Below are positions 47,801-60,539 of a stretch of DNA of 64,000 bases, one piece after another. Origin of the DNA: Amphiscolops sp. MND2022 (lineage: Eukaryota). The translations under genes and the position numbers were made by a program. Positions within the stretch are counted from its first letter, which is position 1. Every line of letters begins with the position of its first letter. The DNA lies in assembly GCA_964187785.1 (NCBI GenBank), contig OZ076409.1:50408001-50472000 (forward strand), given 5' to 3'. The notes under the pieces were generated by a model. The model was not told the origin of the DNA. It searched no databases and saw only the letters and a list, made by a program, of their open reading frames with translations.

Positions 47801-49121
47801 AGTCATTGGTAATAAGTATTCAAACTCTTTGGAATTGAATGGGCGTTAGCAAGGTATAAAAGAACCTGCGCGTGTTACAGTTACCTCAGAGTCCTTTTCG
47901 ATCACATAGTACATCACGGTTGCCTGAACAATCTTGAGTGTGGTGTCATCAAAACCAATAATCCTGATCATAATGCATTTTATGTCCAATTGGATATAAC
48001 AAAATCTCAATCCATTCGTTATCAACAAACCAGGGCAACAATGCCATTTCTTCGAAATGAGTGTCATAAAGAGAAAAACTTAATGTACTTAAGGCAGTGT
48101 CTGCATCTGTCAAATTAAGAATAGGACGTCGAAAGATTAACTGAAAGTCTGACTAATTCCCTCACAACGGCGTCAACGTTTTCAGCTTCAAAGAAAAAAC
48201 AAGCTAGCAAAATCAAATAAAATTTAGTTTGACAAAGATGTAAAGAAAAGCATGTTCCGACGAATTTTTGCGTTCCACAGACACAAGCCATATCGCACTC
48301 CGTCTAACAAAACTAATTACATGAAAATGAGAAATCCTGTCTGTGAACGCCTACGGTCGAAGAAACGAGAAAACTTTGATGATTGCCTTACCCGGTCCTT
48401 GAATTCGCCAAAACGCTTTTTCAATGAATTGAGTCGACTAACTGGTAGACAGAATAGAACGGTAACTTCATAGTCGCAGACAATGAAAACAAATTGAACA
48501 CATATTATTTTGCCGTATCTTCTTCAATGAGAAGTTCGTTTCGATCAGCAAAACTTAAGCTGCTTTAATTTCCACTGTTCCAACCACTACTGTAGGATCA
48601 GCTGATAATCAGAAGTTCCTCTTTTTCTATCCAATCGATTTACTGGAAATCTCTGAAATTGTACGGAACCTTAAAAACCATAAAGCGGCCGGAGTAGATG
48701 GGCTAACTGCTAAAAATTTAAAAGTTAGTCTTGATGTGATTTGTGATAGACTGACCTACTTTGTCAATGAACCATTATCAAGTGGTGTATTTCCGAACAT
48801 TTTCAAAGTTGCGAAAGTGGTTTCAACCTTTATATCTGGGAATACGAGCAATTGTGAGGATTATAGACCCATATCATTTTCATTGGTTCTCAGCAAAGCC
48901 TTTGAGCGGTTGGTTTTCAAGAGTGTATTTATTCATGCAAGTAAACAATCTTTTCTATTGTCGTCAATACGTATTCAGATCGAAAATGAGCACACTGCAT
49001 GCACTAACGGACATAACGGAACTGATCCGGAGTAATACCCAGCTTGATGTATCCTGTATGCTTTTGGATCTCAGAAACATTTATAATACAATAAATCATG
49101 GAACCTTCTTTTTCAAATTGG
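44807..49121 (+). repeat. 2183-bp-period tandem duplication within the LINE
   Basis: Near-identical ORFs offset by 2183 (45663/47846, 46553/48736); junction at about 46940-47000. Confidence 0.92.
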
Positions 49122-49589
49122 AGGGCTATGGTGTGAGAGGTATTTGTTTAGAATGGCTAAGCTTGTTTCTTTGTTTCTCATTGATCGTACCCAATGAGTT
49201 GCCAAAGTTAATCGGTATTTAAGTACCCTAGCTGTTGAGTGTGTTGTACCACAAGGATCAATTCTAAGATCGCTATTGTTTCTAGTTTACTTCAATGATT
49301 TTCCAAGCTCTTGTGGTGATATTGCACCATTCTTGTACGCAGATGGTACTAACTGTGTGTATTTTCCACCGAAAAATGCTACGTCGACACTTCAAGATAA
49401 AATTTTGCATATACAGTCGTGAATGGCAAAAATAGAATTGAGCCTTCATATTGGAAAGACTGAGCTTGTGCACTTGTAGAGCTGTCGGGATGAAATTGTG
49501 AAAAAGGCCAAATACTACCATATCTCTAACCAAATCTGAGAAATATCTGGGTGTTCACCTGGATGAAAATCTGATCTTCGAAGCCCATG

Positions 49590-52530
49590 TTCAAAGTGTC
49601 CTTGGTAAAATGGCTAAACATGTATCAGTGGTAATGTGGTTGGGAGATTTTTGTAAAGGCTCGATAGTGGTCAGATAATATGGTGGGGTATTTTTGGATC
49701 GAACTTTTGTGTGAGCGAAAAGCGAGATCGAAAATGGATCGAAGGTTTTAAGATCGAATTTTTCCAGTTTTGCTAGGTTTTCGCTCCTGTAAAGTGTTTA
49801 AAAGCGTTTAAAATTATTTAGGTAGTTTTCCCCACCTAATATGGGATAATATACGGTGTATGCACGCTCACCCTCACCGTCGCAAGGACCAGCTCCCACT
49901 ACGATCGCTTCGCGATCTCCGTTCCCGCTAGGTCTTTGCTCCTGTTCGACCTCGCTTAGCAAGATGGGAACATAAGCGGCCCCAAGGGGCCGCGGGGCAT
50001 TAGAGGAAATGGGGGGCATATCCGACGGCCAAAAACATTGTTATTTGAAAACGCTAGGTATTTGAAAACATGGATTCGATTTCATTTTCTTTGACCATTT
50101 TACTTCGATCTCAGTGACAGATTGCATTTTTGCGCAAATTCGTTCGATCCAAACGCCCACCGCCAGATAATATAACATTTACATGGAACCGATCATCCGA
50201 TACGGTCTTAGTTGCACGAGGAAGAGTGAATTGACGGACATACTTCTGCAAAAGAAAGTACCTCGAATTATCTTTTTCAGCATACGAAGGTATCCGTCCG
50301 ATGAGCTGTTCGACCTATGCCATAAATGAATATTTGTGATCTCTATGATAATGAGCTGTTGAAATTTGCCACTCATTAAACTACATATATTTATATATAC
50401 CACACCAAAGTAATATAACTTCTGAATATCCATAAAAGTTCAAACGCTTTTACTCGAACTGTTCGTTCAATATGTTTCGCGTACTTGAAGTACGAAGAGA
50501 AGTAAGTCGACAACAAATATCGCGAAACTCTGTTACTGAATCATCTACCAAAAATGAAATTGTTACCTCGCAATTATGAATCTATTGGTGAAACTGAGAC
50601 GAACAATTAAATCCTAAAAATTTAAATTAAAAATTGCGAACATGTGGCAGACGTAGTCTTTTGCCGATGCCCCTGTCCTGGGAGGGTCCTCCCCGTTCAG
50701 GAAAACCTTTGGAGGGTCCCCTCTGGTGCTGTATGTTTGTTAACTTATTTGAATGTTCTTTTGTCTACGTTCATTTTTATACATTTGCATAAATTCGAAT
50801 TTTTCTTTGTAACCTTAAGATTTTTTTATATTCAAAGATGGGTTTTCCGAATCATTTTAAAAGTTTTTTGGGTATATGCCCTTTTGCCGAATCCCCTTTT
50901 GCCGAATCCCACTTTGCCGAAAGCATGGGACATTTAGCCGATTTTTTCGGGAAAGTGGGCATCGAAATTCGGCAAAGTGGGCAAGGCAGTTGTCTACATC
51001 TGCAAAAACAGACTTTTAAAGCTATGAAGTGATTCAAAGTATAAAACGTACAACTTCAAAACGATACAACTTCAAAGTGTCCTTGGTAAAATGGCTAAAC
51101 ATGTATCAGTGGTAATGTGGTTGGGAGATTTTTGTAAAGGCTCGATAGTGGTCAGATAATATGGTGGGGTATTTTTGGATCGAACTTTTGTGTGAGCGAA
51201 AAGCGAGATCGAAAATGGATCGAAGGTTTTAAGATCGAATTTTTCCAGTTTTGCTAGGTTTTCGCTCCTGTAAAGTGTTTAAAAGCGTTTAAAATTATTT
51301 AGGTAGTTTTCCCCACCTAATATGGGATAATATACGGTGTATGCACGCTCACCCTCACCGTCGCAAGGACCAGCTCCCACTACGATCGCTTCGCGATCTC
51401 CGTTCCCGCTAGGTCTTTGCTCCTGTTCGACCTCGCTTAGCAAGATGGGAACATAAGCGGCCCCAAGGGGCCGCGGGGCATTAGAGGAAATGGGGGGCAT
51501 ATCCGACGGCCAAAAACATTGTTATTTGAAAACGCTAGGTATTTGAAAACATGGATTCGATTTCATTTTCTTTGACCATTTTACTTCGATCTCAGTGACA
51601 GATTGCATTTTTGCGCAAATTCGTTCGATCCAAACGCCCACCGCCAGATAATATAACATTTACATGGAACCGATCATCCGATACGGTCTTAGTTGCACGA
51701 GGAAGAGTGAATTGACGGACATACTTCTGCAAAAGAAAGTACCTCGAATTATCTTTTTCAGCATACGAAGGTATCCGTCCGATGAGCTGTTCGACCTATG
51801 CCATAAATGAATATTTGTGATCTCTATGATAATGAGCTGTTGAAATTTGCCACTCATTAAACTACATATATTTATATATACCACACCAAAGTAATATAAC
51901 TTCTGAATATCCATAAAAGTTCAAACGCTTTTACTCGAACTGTTCGTTCAATATGTTTCGCGTACTTGAAGTACGAAGAGAAGTAAGTCGACAACAAATA
52001 TCGCGAAACTCTGTTACTGAATCATCTACCAAAAATGAAATTGTTACCTCGCAATTATGAATCTATTGGTGAAACTGAGACGAACAATTAAATCCTAAAA
52101 ATTTAAATTAAAAATTGCGAACATGTGGCAGACGTAGTCTTTTGCCGATGCCCCTGTCCTGGGAGGGTCCTCCCCGTTCAGGAAAACCTTTGGAGGGTCC
52201 CCTCTGGTGCTGTATGTTTGTTAACTTATTTGAATGTTCTTTTGTCTACGTTCATTTTTATACATTTGCATAAATTCGAATTTTTCTTTGTAACCTTAAG
52301 ATTTTTTTATATTCAAAGATGGGTTTTCCGAATCATTTTAAAAGTTTTTTGGGTATATGCCCTTTTGCCGAATCCCCTTTTGCCGAATCCCACTTTGCCG
52401 AAAGCATGGGACATTTAGCCGATTTTTTCGGGAAAGTGGGCATCGAAATTCGGCAAAGTGGGCAAGGCAGTTGTCTACATCTGCAAAAACAGACTTTTAA
52501 AGCTATGAAGTGATTCAAAGTATAAAACGT
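49590..52530 (+). repeat. 1481-bp-period tandem duplication
   Basis: Identical ORFs offset by 1481 (49798/51279, 50179/51660, 50644/52125); junction at about 51047-51072. Confidence 0.93.
49682..50164. mobile_element. Mutator-like MITE (duplicated at 51163-51645; partial copy at about 55746-55968)
   Basis: Ends GGTGGGGTATTTTTGGATCGAA / TTCGATCCAAACGCCCACCGCC and a 9-bp TSD AGATAATAT. Confidence 0.82.
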
Positions 52531-52960
52531 GTCTAGGATATGTTCCCATTTCCTCTAGTGCCCCGCGGCACCTTGGGGCCGCTTATATTCCCATCTGGCT
52601 AAGCGAGGTCGAACGGGAGCAAAGACCTAGCGGGTACGGAGATCGCGAAGCGATCGTAGTGGGAGCTGGTCTTTGCGACGGTGAGGGCGAGCGTGTATAC
52701 ATCGGAGATGCCCCACGTTATTTTTTTGCTTTCAAAAAGGCTGTTTTTGCAGATTTAGACAACTGCCTTGCCCCTTTTGACGAATTTCGATGCCCAGTTT
52801 GCCGAATTTCGATGCCCACTTTGCCAAATTTCGATGCCCACTTTGCCGAATTTCGATGCCCACTTTGCCGAAACAAAATTCGGCAAAATGGGCAAGGTAC
52901 GGATACTTTGCCGAATTCGACAAAATGGGTTTCGACAAATTGTCCCATATTCGTTTTTGG
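52351..52960. mobile_element. MITE-like element with TTTGCCGAA subterminal repeats (related copies at 50870-51047 and 57116-57610)
   Basis: Begins GGGTATATGCCCTTTTGCCGAA and contains four 22-bp units GAATTTCGATGCCCACTTTGCC at 52782-52870; right end not resolved. Confidence 0.6.
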
Positions 52961-53287
52961 ACTTCTGACGATAAACCCATCCTCCCAAAGAGCCGGTGGC
53001 TTCCTCGAGCAATGTTTTTAATGGCTTTACGGGTTGGCAATGAAGCTTATCTTTTAAGAACAGTCAGCAACATCTGCTTTTGAGGAAGTTGAATTTACTG
53101 GGATACTGATTTGCATGGGTAGGAATTTCGCTGATTGTTTTCTCAGCAATTTTTTTTCGTGACACCCCTACCCTCAATGATTTTTTAAAAATTGATTAGC
53201 TGTACATAAATGAGAATAAATTTCCAAAAAAATCAGAAGCAGCTTGTTGAAAATTGCTCATGTTCTTTCTTGCTGTTATACGTTACC

Positions 53288-53887
53288 ATGGCGAACTCTG
53301 AGAAATCACCTCGTTCATCGGCTTCATCCAGTTTGAGTTCTTTGCAATTGGACGATGGTGACTCTGGTAACGCAAGTCCTAATGACTCTGATATTTTTGA
53401 CTTTGACGCCATCAACACTGACGATCTTTTGCAAGTCGAAGTAATTTCTTACTCTATCAATTCTCCGGGTTGCCGTTTCAAAAATGATCCTTGTTCAGCA
53501 TATTCCCCATTTGTAGCCAATACTCCAGGGTTCAATGAACACTATAAATCTCCAGATGATGGATATCATTTTTTTCTTCTTCAGCTGAGTGCAACACATC
53601 CCCGGTGTCAGTGGAAAGTTTGGGTAGCTCTTGCCCTTTGCTATCTCAGCAATCCGACAACAGTGATACTTCCGTTAGAAATGATTCATTAGTTGTTGCT
53701 GGATCTCTACTGACCGCTGTCCCTGTCACGGCTTTTACTTAATTTTTGTTAACCTATTATAACACGTAGCAATCAGGGTAGTGAAAAAACCACAAGATGA
53801 CAATCCAAAGAAAAAACATATACTGCTCAAGAAATTAAAAAGATGCGCAATCGGGAATCAGCGAGAGCGTCGAAAAAAAGCAGAAGA
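53288..53887 (+). pseudogene. ATF6: Truncated, frameshifted ATF6 paralogue (5' third only)
   Basis: Aligns to ATF6 327-930 with substitutions, indels and stops, and breaks off in the bZIP basic region into LINE sequence. Confidence 0.9.
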
Positions 53888-56600
53888 TATGAATGGTATA
53901 CAGGTTTTATAAATCCTGTTTACAAGTCGAGGTTACCTTTTTGTAAGGAGGTTACATTTTTACCCTCTTGGGTAAACACTACTAAAACGTGAAACATTAC
54001 AGCGTAAACGTGAAAACGTTTGCAAATCTGTTACCTCTGATAATGTTGAAAACAAATGGTTTCTGCCCCTAAAAGTGAGATCAATCGGCAACCATTTTGA
54101 GGAGTCGGAATTATTGATGGAATCTTTCGGTGTCAAAAAATCATCCTTAGATTGCTGTTCCGAAATGTTGATCGTTGAATCTTCCGCTGAAGACCCTTAT
54201 GTCTTAGATAATTATGCACCAATGAAATTTCAACCCGGAAAAACTAGAAACGAAGTTGTTGCAAAAAACGTCCATGAAACACTACCTTTTGAGATAACAA
54301 AATTTGACGCTGTAATTGATTTGAATTATATTGCATTTAGTTGTAACTTTGTGAAAAAAGAAAATGTTAATGTAGTTTGTTTTTACAATCCCTCTTCGGT
54401 CAATAAACAATACTTCTTGAAGCACTTCGAAATTCTTCTTGAGGGTTGTTGTCAGATGACCAATTGTTTTCTTGTTGGTGACATGAATATCGATCTTCTA
54501 AAAATATCAGCGATTGGTAATAAGTATTCAAACTCTTCGGAATTGAATGGGCGTTAGCAAGGTATAAAAGAACCTACGCGTGTTACCTTTACCTCAGAGT
54601 CCTTTTCGATCACATGGTAGATCACAATTGCCTAAACAATCTTGAGTTTGGTGTCATCAAAACCAATATTACAGATCATTATGCAACTTATGTCAATTTG
54701 AATATAACAAAATCTCAATCCATTCGTTTTCAACAAACCAGGGCAACAATGTCATTTCTTCGACATGTGTGTTATAAAGAAAAAAACTTAATGTACTTAA
54801 GGCATTGTCTGGATCTGTCATTTTTAGAATAGGACGTCAAAAGATTAACTGAATGTCTGACTGATTCCCTCACAACAGTCGTCAACGTTTACAGCTTAAA
54901 AGAAAAATCAAGCTAGCAAAATCAAATAAAATTTGGTTTGACAAAGATGTAAAGAAAACCATATTCCGACGAATTTTTGCGTTCCACAGACACAAGCCAT
55001 ATCGCACTCCGTCTAACAAAACTAATTACATGAAAATGAGAAATCCTGTCTGTGAACGCCTACAGCCGAAGAAACGAGAAAACTTTGATGTTTGACTTAC
55101 TCAGTTCTTGAATTCGCCAAAACGCTTTTTCAATGAATTGAGTCGACTAACTGGTAGACAGAAGAGAACGGTAACTTCATAGTCGCGGTCAATGAAAACA
55201 AATTGAACACATATGATTTTGCCGTATCTTCTTCAATGAGAAGTTCGTTTCGATCAGCAAAACTTTAGCTGCTTTAATTTCCACTGTTCCAACCACTACT
55301 GTAGGATCAGCTGATAATCAGAAGTTCCTGTTTTTCTATCCAATCGATTTACTGGAAATCTCTGAAATTGTACGGAACCTTAAAAACCATAAAGCGGCCG
55401 GAGTAGATGGGCTAACTGCTAAAAATTTAAAGGTTAGTTTTGATGTGATTTGTGATAGACTGACCTACCTTGTCAAGGAACCATTATCAAGTGGTGTATT
55501 TCCGAATATTTTCAAGGTTGCTAAAGTGGTTTCAATCTTTATATCTGGGAATACGAGCAATTGTGAGGATTACAGACCCATATCATTTTCATCGGTTCTC
55601 AGCAAAGCCTTTGAGCGGTTGGTTTTCAAGAGTGTATAAATTCATGCAAGTAAACAATCTTTTCTATGTGTTGGGAGGGTCGTCCCCGTTTAGGAATACC
55701 TTTGGAGGGACCGCTCTGGTGCTGTGTGTTTTTTAACGTATTTGAATGTTCGACCTCGCTTAGCAAGATGGGAACATAAGCGGCCCCAAGGGGCCGCGGG
55801 GCATTAGAGGAAATGGGGGGCATATCCGACGGCCAAAAACATTGTTATTTGAAAACGCTAGGTATTTGAAAACATGGATTCGATCTCATTTTCTTTGACC
55901 ATTTTACTTCGATCTCAGTGACAGATTGCATTTTCGCGCAAAATCATTCGATCCAAACGCCCACCGCCAGATAATATAACATTTACATGAAACCGATCAT
56001 CCGATACGGTCTTAGCTGCACGAGGAAGAGTGAATTGACGGACATACTTCTGCAAAAGAAAGTACTTCGAATTATTATTTTCAGAATACGAAGGTATCCG
56101 TCCGATGAGCTGTTCGACCTATGCCATAAATGAATATTTGTGATCTCTATGATAATGAGCTGTTGAATTTTGCCACTCATTAAACTACATATATTTATAT
56201 TTACCACACCAAAGTAATATAACTTCTGAATATCCATAAAAGTTCAAACGCTTTTACTCGAACTGTTCGTTCAATATGTTTCGCGTACTTGAAGTACGAA
56301 GAGAAGTAAGTCGACAACAAATATCGCGAAATTCTGTTACTGAATCATCTACTAAAAATGAAAATGTTACCTCGCAATTATGAATCTATTGCTGAAACTG
56401 AGACGAAAAATTAAATATTAAAAGATAAAAATAAAAATTGCGAACATGTGGCAGACGTAGTCTTTTGCTGATGCCCCTGTGTTGGGAGAGTCCTCCCCGT
56501 TTAGGAATACCTTCGGATGGTCCCCTCTGGTGCTGTGTGTTTCTAACGTAATTGAATGTTCTTTTGTCTACGTTCATTTTTTACATTTGCATGAGTTCGA
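53888..56600 (+). mobile_element. Third, rearranged copy of the APE-RT LINE relic
   Basis: Matches 45000-46790 and 50165-50800; the RT core is deleted at about 55667. Confidence 0.8.
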
Positions 56601-56611
56601 ATTTTTTTTGT

Positions 56612-57047
56612 GGGTGGATGTATATAGGTCGAATTTTTCTGGTCGAAAGGACAGAGGTCGAACCTTTTGATCGAATTGCAGGGATCGAATGGAATGCGGT
56701 TGAATTTTATCGTATTTGTTGTATGGCTCGGTCGCTTCGCTCCCTTCGCCAAGTAGCAACCTTGAGGCATGGCCATATGGCACGTCGCTTCTCTCCTGCA
56801 TTCAGGGCTCTAGGGGTATGCGAACATATCTGACTACGTTATAAAAATTTCGATCCGAGTTGTTTCGATCCCATTCAAAATTTGGTATTGTCGACCTGAG
56901 GACTAACTCTGATTTTCGATCCCGTTCCTTCGACCTATTTCCGCCCACCCCTCTTAGATCTATTTCATTAGAACTGATTCCACGCACCTGACCTGAGGAC
57001 TAACCCTGATTTTCGATCCCGTTCCTTCGACCTATTTCCGCCCACCC
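56612..57047. mobile_element. Mutator-like MITE with a duplicated right end
   Basis: GGGTGGATGTATATAGGTCGAA / TTCGACCTATTTCCGCCCACCC with a 9-bp TSD TTT(T/C)TTTGT; the site is empty in paralogous copies at about 50800 and 52285. Confidence 0.8.
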
Positions 57048-57948
57048 TTTCTTTGTAACCTAAAGATTTTTTTAAATTCAAAGATGGGTTTTCCGAATCA
57101 TTTTAAAAGTTTTTCGGGTATATGCCCTTTTTGCCGAATCCCACTTTGCCGAAAGCATGGGACATTTAGCCGAATTTTTTCGGGAAAGTGGGCATGGAAA
57201 TTCGGCAAAGTGGGCAAGGCAGTTGTCTACATCTGCAAAAACAGACTTTTAAAGCTATGAAGTGATTCAAAGTATAAAACGTGTCTCGGATATGTTCCCA
57301 TTTCCTCTAGTGCCCCGCGGCCCCTTGGGGCCGCTTATGTTTCCATCTTGCTAAGCGAGGTCGAACAGGAGCAAAGACTTAGCGGGTACGGAGATCGCGA
57401 TGCGATCGTAGTGAGAGCTGGTCTTTGCCACGGTGAGGGCGAGCGTGCATACATCGGAGAATCCCAACTGCCTTGCCCACATTGCCGAATTTCGATGCCC
57501 TTTTTGCTGAATTTCGATGCCCACTTTGCCGAAAAAAATTCGGCAAAATGGGCAAGGTACGGACACTTTGCCGAATTCGACAAAATGGGTTTCGGCAAAT
57601 TGTCCCATATTCGTTTTTTGGACTTGTGACGACAAACCCATCCTCCCAACGTTGCCGGTGGTTCCTCAAGCAATGTTTTTAATGGTTTTACGGGTTGGCA
57701 ATGAAGCTTATCTTTAAGAACTGTCAGCAACAAATGCTTTTGAGGAAGTTGAATTTACTGGGATACTGATTTGCATGGGTAGGAATTTCGCTGATTGCTT
57801 TCTCAGCAAACTTTTTTCGTGACACTCTTACCCCCAATGATTTTTTAAAAATTGATTAGCTGTACATAAATGAGAATAAATTTCCGAAAAAAAATCAGAA
57901 GCAGCTTGTTGAAGATTGCTCATGTTCTTCTTGCTGTTATAGGTTATC

Positions 57949-59763
57949 ATGGCGAACTCTGAGAATTCACCGCTTTCATCGGCTTCATCCAGTTTGAGTT
58001 CTTTGCAAACGGACGATGGTGACTCTGGTAACGCAAGTCCTAATGACTCTGATATTTTTGACTTTGACGCCATCAACACTGACGATCTTTTGCAAGTCGA
58101 AGAAAATTCTTTCTCTATCAATTCTCCGGGTTGCCTTTTCGAAAATGACCCTTGTTTAGCATATTCCCCATTTGTAATCAATACTCCAGGGCTCAATGAA
58201 CATTATAGTTCTCCAGATGATGGATATCATTCTTTTTCATCTTCAACCGAATGCAATACATCCCCGGTGTCAGTGGAAAGTTTTGGTAGCTCTTGCCCTT
58301 TGCTATCTCAGCAATCCGACAACAGTGATATTTCCGTTAGAAATGTGTCATTAGTTGTTACTGGGTCTCTATTGACCGCTGTCCCTGTCACGGCTTTTAC
58401 TTCAACTTTTCGTAAACCTACTATAGCACCTAGCAATCAGGGTAGTGAAAAAACCACAAGATGCCAATCCAACGAAAAAATATATACTGCTCAAGAAATT
58501 AAAAAGATGCGCAATCGGGAATCAGCGAGAGCTTCGAAAGAAAAGCAGAAGAGTTTCATAGCTGAACTGCAGAAGCTAATCAATGTCAAAGACAGTGAAG
58601 TCAAATCCTTGCTGAAACAATGTCAAGAGAAAGATTCTTTGATAGAAATCCTCCAAGAACAAAATAGAAATTTAATGGTTTCTCTGGCGCAGCATCAAGT
58701 GAAACTCAAAGAATTAGAAGCACGAGTTTCAATTTCCAATTCTTTGGCCGAAACCCCAAAACAGCCATATCTTATAAAACGAGATATCTCAGTTTGTCCT
58801 AACACTGTAGTTCCAATTTCGAAATCCAAATTGCCAATGTTCATTGCATCTCCTAATAAACGAGCGTGCCTAGCTGTCCTTTTTTGCTTTTTTATCTTCA
58901 ATTTTGGTATTAATATTCACCAAGAGCCATCAAGTATACCTGGTAAAAGTGTAATAAACCGAAGACTGTTGCAGGTCAATGATATGTCACAAGATACGAG
59001 GTTTGAACAGGATCGTTCAATTTACGGTGAATGGGATCCTTTAGGTTTCTTGAAGGCAAATAAGCGTAGAGCTAGAAATCTGAATGATCAAGAAAGTGTT
59101 GGATATGACCAACTCACAATACCTGTCGCGGGAGACAATTCGACATTACCAAGTGAAGAATGCAGAAATCATTATACCAACGTTAGCAACTCGAATCGAA
59201 TTGTTAAAGAGCTAACGCAGGTCATTGAGCACCACCAAAAACTAACTACAAAAAGTAAAGCTAAATCAACACGGTATAGTCATAAAAACCCATCGCTAGA
59301 GCTCCAAGAGCTCTTTAAGAAGACTTCTAACCCCGTTCTGATGAAAGCCATGTACGATATGCTAAACTCGTGGGAACGAAAAGATGACACTGTCTATATG
59401 TTCGCCTTTGGTTCAAATGAATGGTTCCTTCCAAAATCAAAACAAGCTTCAAATTCTTCACATGACACGAAGTTACTCAGGCCAAAAATGTCTTTAGTTA
59501 TGCCTGCTTTGAACAATTCTGAACTGAATCTGGACACATCGGATATAAACGAAGCTTTCAAAAACGGAAATGAACTGTCGTCTCTTCTCGGGCTTTATCT
59601 GATGCAGATAGACTGCTTAGTTGTCGATACTCATATTCTAACATATAATACCAGCAGTCCTGACCACAAAGTTGATCAAAATAAAGGCGTGAATTCTCTG
59701 AATAATGGTTTCATTCCAACCGGGCATCAAACTTTTGGTCCTAGAAGGAAACAAAAGACATGA
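57949..59763 (+). CDS. ATF6: ATF6-family factor, second intact copy (604 aa)
   Basis: Same protein as 327-2141 except T128I and L563I. Confidence 0.92.
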   Translation: MANSENSPLSSASSSLSSLQTDDGDSGNASPNDSDIFDFDAINTDDLLQVEENSFSINSPGCLFENDPCLAYSPFVINTPGLNEHYSSPDDGYHSFSSSTECNTSPVSVESFGSSCPLLSQQSDNSDISVRNVSLVVTGSLLTAVPVTAFTSTFRKPTIAPSNQGSEKTTRCQSNEKIYTAQEIKKMRNRESARASKEKQKSFIAELQKLINVKDSEVKSLLKQCQEKDSLIEILQEQNRNLMVSLAQHQVKLKELEARVSISNSLAETPKQPYLIKRDISVCPNTVVPISKSKLPMFIASPNKRACLAVLFCFFIFNFGINIHQEPSSIPGKSVINRRLLQVNDMSQDTRFEQDRSIYGEWDPLGFLKANKRRARNLNDQESVGYDQLTIPVAGDNSTLPSEECRNHYTNVSNSNRIVKELTQVIEHHQKLTTKSKAKSTRYSHKNPSLELQELFKKTSNPVLMKAMYDMLNSWERKDDTVYMFAFGSNEWFLPKSKQASNSSHDTKLLRPKMSLVMPALNNSELNLDTSDINEAFKNGNELSSLLGLYLMQIDCLVVDTHILTYNTSSPDHKVDQNKGVNSLNNGFIPTGHQTFGPRRKQKT

Positions 59764-60539
59764 AAATGTTAAATTTTGCAGAAAATAGCAGTTGTATTTA
59801 TCGCGTGTATAAATGATTTGGTAATTATATTTTCAATTGTAATTTTCTTCATTTTTGTTCTACTATAAACTAACTTTGAATTGCGTGGTTCTTGCATTTG
59901 TTTACGAAATTTAAATACAGATGAATGCTGGTATAAAAATGTTTTTGGTAAGTTATAAAGCAGGTCGATAACATGCGACATTTTTTTCTTCCGTAAGTAT
60001 TTAAACGCTGGTTCATTTGCATTAAATTCTTTTCCCAGAAAATATCCCATTTTCACTAGCCATTTATTTAAAAAATTTTTCGCTTCTTTCAACGCCCTTT
60101 TCGTTTATAAAAACAAAGAAATGGCTATATTTTTATCGATATCTGCTGGAATGTTTATTCAACTTCGAAACTGAATAAGTTGTTTCGATGTCAGTTTTCA
60201 ATGGACGGGATATTCAAGTTCTCACAATAGCTATTTATTTTCGAAAACGCAGATATTGTTTGTCATTGTCAAGTATCGACGTCATTATAGACTATTTTTT
60301 GAGTGGATATTGCCCTATTGGGGAAATTGGATTCATACATTGGTCAGTTAAATGGTTTTCTTCAAATCATAGTACTTTGATTTCTCGAACCTTTGCTTTT
60401 AATTTTTCGCGTTGTTGAAATGAGTTTCATTTTCTCGTCAGTAGGAAAGTTGAAGAATCTATTTTTGCTAGAAATGAGTTTTCGTGAAAAAATCCATTCG
60501 GTTTCATTTCTCTTCAAGTTGCATCTCGTTTCAGATCGA

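Larger units (their letters stand above)
44560..50820 (+). mobile_element. Decayed APE-RT LINE (CR1/L2-group-like) with an internal duplication and a MITE insertion
   Basis: ORF1 KIFINEDFTLLR; APE GDMNIDLL-type motif; RT SGVFPNIFKVAKV...DYRPIS, VPQGSIL, YADG and KYLGVHLDENL. Confidence 0.8.

Noticed and set aside
52782..52870. Regular 22-bp repeats resembling a CRISPR array
   Set aside because: Head-to-tail units with no unique spacers, inside a MITE-like element, in eukaryotic DNA with no cas genes
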